Assembly: GCA_001793095.1 (NCBI GenBank)
Contig: MGHG01000008.1
Span: 269 to 64,268 of the forward strand
Length of the DNA stretch: 64,000 nucleotides
Origin: Candidatus Woesebacteria bacterium RIFCSPLOWO2_01_FULL_39_23
GTDB lineage: Bacteria; Patescibacteriota; Microgenomatia; UBA8517
Direction: 5' to 3'
Made by a program: the position numbers and the translations under genes. The notes below the pieces were generated by a model, which was not told the origin of the DNA, made no database searches, and worked only from the letters and a program-made list of their open reading frames with translations. Shown piece after piece: positions 56,828-64,000 of the stretch (the stretch's first letter is position 1; each line of letters opens with the position of its first letter).

Positions 56828-58081
56828 TTATCTGGCCTTGCAGCTATCCCTTGCCGCGAGAAGTGTAGAGAAATCTACCGCAGTATTCCCCCATGTCCAG
56901 TATCCTACCATCAAAACCCTACTTTTATCTAAATTGTCGCACATATATTTTAAATCACTGGCCAAGTTGAGATCCTGAGTAGCGTTGACAGTGAAATATA
57001 ATTTCATGCCTGTTGTGGTTGCGTCCGCTTGCTGACTGGTTACAAAACTCTGAACCGTCCCTTTTTTAGGTGTATATTGTGCATTCGCAAAGTTAATCGT
57101 TCCGTCGTTCGCAACAGTTAAAAAATAACTGGGATGAACTCCATACCCAAATGGAAAATTAGAAGCCAAACCGTTTGGAACAAACTCCGCCCGTACAGCC
57201 TTAGCCACGTTGTACAAAGTAGATGCCGGAATCTTAACACATCTAGTAGGATCGTGCGGTTCGTTTAAAACCATAATGCCAATGACTGTATCTTTGTACT
57301 TTACAATTGAAGGCAGTATCCTTTTGATATCAGTCACAAACTGCGATTGATTGAATGTAGCTCCATCCCAGTAATAACACGGGTCCGAGACAGATGGGCT
57401 TGCAATTACCTTACTGCCCTCGGCTTTTGCCGCGGCAAACAAAGATTCAACGGTTGTTATGGCACTATTGGAGCCTATACTCATAAATGCCCCGGTGAAA
57501 AGATCTCCCGCTCTAACACCGTTACGCATAACATTGTAATCACCCGCCGATTCTCCAAAGTGGAAAGGTGCGAAAGGCACACCGTCTGTAACGGGCTCGG
57601 GAGTTGGTGATAGCGTAAGAGCCGGAGTTGAGGTCGGTTTGGGAGTGGGCGTAGGAGTTAGAGTTGGTAGTATAGAAATTGACGAACAAAGAGCCTCAAG
57701 GGATCGACTATCGCTAGCCCAGTTTAAAGTAAACGTTCCGTTGTCGCATATTAAGTATCCCGACTCTTCCTGAGTAAGAATATATATATTTCTCCCACCT
57801 TTGGGTCGGGTAGTGAGATCGGTTCTCCCGCTACATCTGACAAACAAACGCGAGTCGCCTTCATCAAGATTGGCCTCAAGTGTCTGCCCAAGGCAGTAAA
57901 CCCCTGCCGATTCGCCCACTCGCAAATGCTCAGTTTGAATCCCTTTCGCTTGATTTCTTATATCGAAAGTGTTATTAAGCACAAGATAAGTAACAATAGC
58001 AATACTAATAAGGGCAATTACAATTATAAAAAAATGTATGAAGCCTTTTTCTAACTTGGGCAGTTTGGTTTGGGTAAGCAC
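56828..58081 (-). CDS. Membrane-anchored protein with PT linker and possible glycoside-hydrolase-like domain
   Basis: N-terminal KGF-hydrophobic anchor, TPTP linker, LNEP motif. Confidence 0.65.
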   Translation of the reverse strand: MLTQTKLPKLEKGFIHFFIIVIALISIAIVTYLVLNNTFDIRNQAKGIQTEHLRVGESAGVYCLGQTLEANLDEGDSRLFVRCSGRTDLTTRPKGGRNIYILTQEESGYLICDNGTFTLNWASDSRSLEALCSSISILPTLTPTPTPKPTSTPALTLSPTPEPVTDGVPFAPFHFGESAGDYNVMRNGVRAGDLFTGAFMSIGSNSAITTVESLFAAAKAEGSKVIASPSVSDPCYYWDGATFNQSQFVTDIKRILPSIVKYKDTVIGIMVLNEPHDPTRCVKIPASTLYNVAKAVRAEFVPNGLASNFPFGYGVHPSYFLTVANDGTINFANAQYTPKKGTVQSFVTSQQADATTTGMKLYFTVNATQDLNLASDLKYMCDNLDKSRVLMVGYWTWGNTAVDFSTLLAARDSCKAR

Positions 58082-58128
58082 AAATTTATAGTAAGGAGAT
58101 ATTTAACAGACTTCAAGTAGGAAATGGG

Positions 58129-58177
58129 GTTATTAGTTATTAGTTATTAGTTATGAGTTATGAGTTATAAGTTATTA
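58129..58177. repeat. Heptamer tandem repeat (GTTATDA)x7
   Basis: GTTATTA x3, GTTATGA x2, GTTATAA, GTTATTA. Confidence 0.9.
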
Positions 58178-59332
58178 CTTATATCCAACGGGTTTTGTAG
58201 TTAAAACTACACCTAGGGATAATTTTCTTGTATCCGGATCAATATCCTCTATATAAACATCAATAGACTTACCGACTTCCAGTTTTTGTCCCGGTGGAAT
58301 TTTTGTTATATGAATAAGTCCCTCAACTCCCTCCTCCAATTCAACGAACGCACCGAAGTCAGAAAGTCTTACAACAGATCCCTTTACTTTGTCGTCCTTT
58401 TTATATTTCTTAGCCGCGTTCTTCCAGGGATCGCCTTTGGCTTGTTTAATAGACAGGGCAAGCCGGGAAGCACCACCCTTTTGTAAGGGTTCATTTTTTG
58501 AAATTACCTTGACCTTAACTTTTTCGCCCTCAGTGACATTATCAGCAACTGACGTGATTTTACTCCAGGAAATCTCAGAAATATGTACAAGGCCTTCAAC
58601 TTTAGCAATCTTTTTCTTATCGATAGCGACCTCAATTTCGATAAAACAGCCAAAGTTCGATACTGTGGTGACCTTTCCCTCGTAAATTTCACCTTCTTTA
58701 ATTTTTTCATAAGCAAAGCGGACTTCCTTTAAATCTTCCGCCTCAGATACCTCTTTTTCGGAAAGTATTATTTTATTTTCGCTTCTGTTAAGATCAATTA
58801 CCAATACTTTGAAATGTTTACCAACGAGACTTTGAGGATTTTTTGAAGCTTCTTTACCCAATTGGGTGGTAGGAACAAAGCCATAAAGACCTTCTACCTC
58901 AACCGTTAAACCCGAGGTTGAATGGGAGTTACCAAGAACTGCTACCGGCTTTTTTGCCTCCCTAGCTTCTTCAAGTTTCTTCCACGCAGAATCCGCCATT
59001 GCATTTCTGAGAGAAAGAATTGTATATCCGTCGGGCGTTTCTCCAACAATTACGGAGGCAGTTACTTCATCTCCGACTTTCAATTCCTTAATATAATCTT
59101 TCGATTCCTGATACGCTTTTTCAGCTACGATGCCCTCACCTTTTGCTCCGATATCCAAAACCAGGCGTTTGGATTCTTTAGCAATAATTTTTCCTTTAAC
59201 CTTGTCTCCCCTTTTCAAAGAAGATCCACCACTACCATACAAAGCTAGGAGTTCTTCCATTGTCTGAGCTTCGCCACTTTTTTGTTTTGGCGATTTATTT
59301 TTAGATACCGAAGAGGACTTTTGCAGAGTCAC
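58175..59332 (-). CDS. rpsA: 30S ribosomal protein S1 (four S1 domains)
   Basis: Repeated G.V....FG.F......EGL.HI S1 motifs. Confidence 0.9.
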   Translation of the reverse strand: MTLQKSSSVSKNKSPKQKSGEAQTMEELLALYGSGGSSLKRGDKVKGKIIAKESKRLVLDIGAKGEGIVAEKAYQESKDYIKELKVGDEVTASVIVGETPDGYTILSLRNAMADSAWKKLEEAREAKKPVAVLGNSHSTSGLTVEVEGLYGFVPTTQLGKEASKNPQSLVGKHFKVLVIDLNRSENKIILSEKEVSEAEDLKEVRFAYEKIKEGEIYEGKVTTVSNFGCFIEIEVAIDKKKIAKVEGLVHISEISWSKITSVADNVTEGEKVKVKVISKNEPLQKGGASRLALSIKQAKGDPWKNAAKKYKKDDKVKGSVVRLSDFGAFVELEEGVEGLIHITKIPPGQKLEVGKSIDVYIEDIDPDTRKLSLGVVLTTKPVGYK

Positions 59333-59437
59333 ACATCATAACCACCTTTCTAGTTTAGATCCTGATTTTATAACAAATTGCTACCTATAACAAGGGATAA
59401 TTTCTCGGGTGGAGCCTAAATCCAGAACACTGTCCTG

Positions 59438-59505
59438 GCCACGGTACAAATCTTACTTGCTCCCGAAAACTACATGTTCGCATCGCAAGAGCAATTATAC
59501 GTGGC
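59438..59505. repeat. 68-nt structured dispersed repeat, copy 2
   Basis: CTTACTTGCTCCCGA...TCGCATCGCAAGAGC closed by GCCACG/CGTGGC. Confidence 0.75.
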
Positions 59506-59535
59506 AGGCGGATTTTTTATAATTTCAGAATACTG

Positions 59536-59653
59536 TCCTGGCGATGAGCTATTTTCGCGGTGAGTTGCCCCACAACTATCGTCGCCGCTGATCCGTTTCA
59601 CTTCTGAGTTCGGAATGGATTCAGGTGGTACCAGACCGCTCCGATCACCAGGA
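59536..59653 (-). rRNA. rrf: 5S rRNA
   Basis: CCTGG/CCAGG terminal helix; CCATTCCGAACTCAGAAGTGAA conserved segment. Confidence 0.95.
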
Positions 59654-59906
59654 CACTATCCTGAAACAGTAAATTTATTAAAGTCCTCCGAAACTAACCT
59701 TAAGGCTTTTCAGTACTATTCATACACGCCTTAAGGAGCGTTTACAGGAGGATTTCGGTACAAACTAATTTGTACCTCAAAAATTGAGGAGAAAGAAAAA
59801 AGTCTTACTGCAAAAATGCAGAAGATCTTTAGTATAAAGTCTTATCGACTTATTCGGATCAGGTTAGCTTAAGACATTACTGTCCTTCCACACCCTGCCG
59901 AACAAC

Positions 59907-59950
59907 CCGTCTCGCTCTTGCGAGCCAGACGAGGTTCGCCTTGCGGCGAC
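59907..59950 (-). other. About 45-nt two-hairpin insertion near 23S 3' end
   Basis: Extra CTCGCTCTTGCGAG and TCGCCTTGCGGCGA hairpins between CAAC and CTGGTA. Confidence 0.55.
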
Positions 59951-59995
59951 CTGGTATTCTTCCAGGAGTCTAAAATGAACCCTAATCTTAGGAGG

Positions 59996-60028
<33 letters not shown>

Positions 60029-60154
60029 CTTGGGAATATAGCTACCCGGCTTTGCGGCTGACGCCACAACCGGCACACCAGAGATTCCCCCATGCTGGTC
60101 CTCTCGTACTGAGCACAGCTTCCTTCAAGGTTCTACGATTCCACCGGATAGAGT

Positions 60155-60187
<33 letters not shown>

Positions 60188-60608
60188 ACGTACCACTTTA
60201 ATGGGCGAACAGACCAACCCTTGGCACCTTCTCCAGCGCCAGGATGTGGTGAGCCGACATCGAGGTAGCGATCCGCGCCGTCGCTATGGACGCTCGGGCG
60301 CGACTACTCTGTTATCCCCGGGGTAGCTTTTATCCGTTAAGCTCCAACCCTTCCATGCAGGATTGGAGGATCACTAAGACCTACTTTCGTACCTGCTTGA
60401 GCCGTCACTCTCGCAGTCAAGCTGGCTTTTGCCTTTATACATTACGCACGATGTCCATCCGTGCTAAGCCAACCTTTGTACCCTTGCGTTACTCTTTGGC
60501 AAGGTACCGCCCCAGTAAAACTGCCCACCTAACACTTTCCCTTCCCGAGTATTCATCGGGATTAGGTAAGACTTGCCACGCTCTAAAGGGAGGTGTTTCA
60601 GTGTCGCT

Positions 60609-60711
60609 CGCGCATAGCTCGCAAATGTCAAATTACAAAAAAGCAAATGATAAATTAGTTTCATTTAGCATTCATCTTTTTAGCATTTAGCATTTCCGTG
60701 CTACACACGGG
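60609..60711 (-). other. 23S intervening sequence, L1-stalk helix (about H78), heptamer-repeat type
   Basis: AT-rich hairpin with CATTTAG repeats replacing a short helix. Confidence 0.75.
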
Positions 60712-60753
60712 CTCCCTCCTACTCTAAACAATTAGATCGCACAAACCAATGTT

Positions 60754-60790
<37 letters not shown>

Positions 60791-60858
60791 GTGGAATTAG
60801 GCCGCGTCTTCACAGCCAACGCAATTTCGCCGAGTAGAGGCTTGAGACAGTTGCTAAC

Positions 60859-60895
<37 letters not shown>

Positions 60896-60922
60896 GAGGG
60901 ACTTCGCTACCGTAGAACAGTT

Positions 60923-61357
60923 CAATATGTTATCCCGATCGAATCCGGGACTACGATTTTACGTAGACTGCATATTGCTATGCAGATCGGACTATATCAT
61001 CCACGTTCATGTAAACTGAACGTAGCCTAGCGTGTAGTCTCTGAGGATTCCTTCAAAAATTACTAATTGACTTAATTGCTCTAATTTCTAACAAATTATT
61101 TAATGACCAATTTCAAATGACTAAAACAAAACTTAGTTGGGTCATTCTTAAATTGGGGTTTGATTAGGTTAATTAGAAATTAGTAATTAGAAATTACTTG
61201 GAGGCCTTTCCTGCTGATTGTCCGCACTGATCGCATTGTTACCATTTTAAATGGTAGCGTCAGATACTTCAACTGTTCGTTATTTCCATTCTACTTGAAA
61301 ATCACTACAGTACGGATATTCCAGCATATAGCTAGGTTTTAGAACTACGACTATTTC
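60923..61357 (-). ncRNA. Group I intron at 23S position L1917, no homing endonuclease ORF
   Basis: Splits GTAACTAT/AAC after U and ends in G; P ATGCTGGAA, Q AATCAGCAGG, R TCAGAGACTA, S GATATAGTCC. Confidence 0.92.
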
Positions 61358-61397
61358 ATAGTTACTGCTGCCGTTTACCGGAGCTTGACATTGCTGC

Positions 61398-61493
61398 GCT
61401 TCGCGCAAAAAAGCCAAATTATAAAAAACAAAATGATAAATTAAATTCATTTAGCATTTGCCTTTTGGTCATTTAACATTCTTTGTGCGAAGC
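61398..61493 (-). other. 23S intervening sequence (about H68), heptamer-repeat type
   Basis: GCTTCGCGCAAA/TTTGTGCGAAGC stem; core AAATGATAAATT..TTCATTTAGCATT shared with 60609-60711. Confidence 0.8.
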
Positions 61494-61607
61494 ACAACGC
61501 CGCTTAACTTACCGGCACTGGGCAGGCGTCAGCCCGTATACTTTGCCTTTCAGCTTTGCACGGACCTGTGTTTTTGATAAACAGTCGGTTAGCAAACATT
61601 TGCTGCG

Positions 61608-61743
61608 CCCCGCACCAATTTAGCAGCTGATTCTCCAAAATATGAATCCTACTTATATAAAACTTAAGTAATATTATTCAAGTTAAATATAAAATAAGAC
61701 TCAAATTCGAATCAGTAATATTTTCTGCTAAATTGGTGCGGGG
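61608..61743. mobile_element. CCCCGCACC element in 23S (about H63), 136 bp
   Basis: Perfect 19-bp inverted repeat CCCCGCACCAATTTAGCAG. Confidence 0.85.
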
Positions 61744-62121
61744 AGGATATCTTCCGAAGTTACATCCAGCTTTTTTGCCGAGTTCCTTAAACCTCTTTCT
61801 CTCGCTCGCCTTACTATTCTCTAGCTGCCCACCTGTGTTGGTTTGCGGTACGACTTGATTTAGATCTCGCTGCGAACCTTTTCTTGTAGACAGAATGGGA
61901 TAAAATTGCCCCAATCTCTTAGGGCTCTGCATTGCTGCTTGATTAATCGTTTCAGCGGATTTTCCAACTGACCCTATCTAACAGCTTACACCCCGATATC
62001 ACATCGGGACTTTAATCATCCTATCCAGTCAATCCCCAGCTCCACGTTCAGTACTTGCGCATGAACGTGGTGGGCGATCTAAAACAAATAGTGGAATTTT
62101 AACCACTCATCCATCGACTAC

Positions 62122-62258
62122 CCCCGCACCAAAATGGCATCTTATTTTCCAAAATATGAATCTTACTCTTAATAATCACTAAACTATATTCTTCAAATAA
62201 ATTATTAAGGTTAATCTGATCCAATTAAGGTAATATTTTATGCCACTTAGGTGCGGGG
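62122..62258. mobile_element. CCCCGCACC element in 23S (about H52), 137 bp
   Basis: CCCCGCACCAAAATGGCAT versus ATGCCACTTAGGTGCGGGG; shares TCCAAAATATGAATC with 61608 copy. Confidence 0.85.
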
Positions 62259-62435
62259 CTCATCTTAGGTATCGACTAACCCGTCGTGGACGAACCTAGC
62301 GACGGAAACCTTGGGCTTACGGCGTCCCAGATTCTCACTGGGATTGTACGCTACTCATACCGGCATTCTCACTTCCGTACCTTCCACTCCGCCTCACGGC
62401 GAAGCTTCACTGGATACGGAACGCTCCCCTACCAC

Positions 62436-62574
62436 ACCCGCTCGCAGAGCGGGAATGACCAATTTCCAATGGCAAATAACCAATGTATTATTAGAAGCCA
62501 TATTTAAACTTACTGCTTCTTTTACATTTAGCATTTATCATTTAGCATTTATCATTCCTGTTCTACGAACAGGT
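62436..62574 (-). other. 23S intervening sequence at H45, heptamer-repeat type
   Basis: 23-nt imperfect terminal stem plus CATTTAG/CATTTAT tandem repeats. Confidence 0.8.
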
Positions 62575-62636
62575 ATCTCTAGCTTCGGCACGCAACTTAT
62601 CCTCGATAAATTTTAGGCGCCTGCTTCCATCGACCA

Positions 62637-62693
<57 letters not shown>

Positions 62694-63204
62694 TTACGGA
62701 AACCGACTTCCTTTCAAACTTAGCTGCGATTTAGAGGCCTTAGCCGAGAGTCTGGGTTGTTTCCCTTTGGACGCATCAGCTTAGCCCGATGCGACTGTCT
62801 AGTACGTTGTTATATATTGTTATTCGGAGTTTGGTTGAATGAAATTGCTTGCGCTCTCTCATCCATCCAGTATCTCTACCATCAATATACTTTTCGTACC
62901 ACGGTCCCTATAGACCTTTCGGGGAGAACCAGCTATCTCCAGGCTCGGTTGGCATATTACCACTATCCACAAGTCATCCCACGTTATTGCAACAACGACG
63001 GGTTCGGGCCTCCTTCCAATCTTCATCGGAATTCACCCTGCTCATGGCTAGATCGCCTGGTTTCGGGTCGGCCATCAGATACTCGTTACCAAAAGGTAAC
63101 ACGCGCTATTCGCACTCGGTTTCCCTTCACCTCCACCCGTTTAAGGGTTTAGATAGTTATCTAACGGCCACTCGCCGGCTCATTCTTCAATAGGCACGAT
63201 ATCA

Positions 63205-63341
63205 CCCCGCACCAAGTTGGCAGAAAATATTTCATTGATTTGAATGTTAACATTAACTAAACTTTAAGTTTATTGAAAGTTTAAACAATAAATAAACTCA
63301 TGTCTCATATTTTGAAAATCAGCTGCCAATTTGGTGCGGGG
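63205..63341. mobile_element. CCCCGCACC element in 23S (H25), 137 bp, inverted relative to the other two
   Basis: 18/19 inverted repeat; reverse complement reads GCAGCTGATTTTCAAAATATGA like the 61608 copy. Confidence 0.85.
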
Positions 63342-63406
63342 CTCTATCGGTTTGTCCGCAAACAGTTTCAGGTTCTATTTCACTGGGCGTCTCGCCCTTC
63401 TTTTCG

Positions 63407-63438
<32 letters not shown>

Positions 63439-63661
63439 ATCTACCTATATTTAGCCTTGGAGGATGGTTCCCCCAGCTTCCCACGGTGTAGATGCACCGT
63501 GGTACTTGGGATATTCCTAAGATTCTTTATAAATTTTGTATACAAGACTTTCACTTTCTATGGTGTACCATTCCAGATACTTCTACTATTCATAAAGAAC
63601 CCATATTGGAATCCCGCAACCCTGCGCCCATATTCTTGCGAATATGGGGCAGTTTAGGCTA

Positions 63662-63693
<32 letters not shown>

Positions 63694-64000
63694 TCTCGTT
63701 TGATTTATTTTCCTCACCCTACTTAGATGTTTCAGTTCGGGCGGTCTCCCCCGCTACGGTTATACCCCGACAAGTCGGGATTTTTACCATAGGGTAACCA
63801 AATATAATTATGGTTGGGTTTCCCCATTCGGACACCGTCGGATCAATGGATCGTGGCTCCTCCCCGGCGATTATCGCAACCATGTGCGTCCTTCTTCGGT
63901 AGGTAAATCCTAGGCATTCACTGTCTGCGTTAGTAAAGACTTCAATTACGTTCCTGTACGACCCCGCAATAAAGCGAGATATTACAGGAAACGGCCTTTC

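Overview
The window reads as chromosomal DNA from a small-genome bacterium, most likely Patescibacteria/CPR (Microgenomates-like). That assignment is inferred from gene content and a heavily inserted 23S rRNA; the standard code translates it well. Left to right: a large LamG-repeat protein; small mobile-type genes (three GIY-YIG, two four-helix-bundle/IVS-type, one RAYT with its own palindromes); membrane and surface proteins; four stand-alone CheY-like receivers plus a CHASE-PAS kinase; three large virion-like Ser/Thr-rich proteins around a triple TPR-GT41 O-GlcNAc transferase/FkbM cluster; six tatA-like genes and tatC; Fic and PIN genes; tRNA-Ala(CGC); M23/LysM, rho, sortase plus an LPETG substrate, radA, rpsA; then 5S and 23S rRNA on the minus strand. 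Main signals: (1) a family of CCCCGCACC...GGTGCGGGG inverted-repeat elements, present as ~290-bp GIY-YIG-coding units between genes and as ~130-137-bp non-coding units, three of them in 23S helix tips in both orientations; (2) a ~410-nt, three-fold nested, self-similar structured RNA candidate at 54040-54450; (3) short-period repeats and palindromes inserted into rRNA, an intron and protein-coding frames. Family names come from motif recognition by eye, not from database searches.
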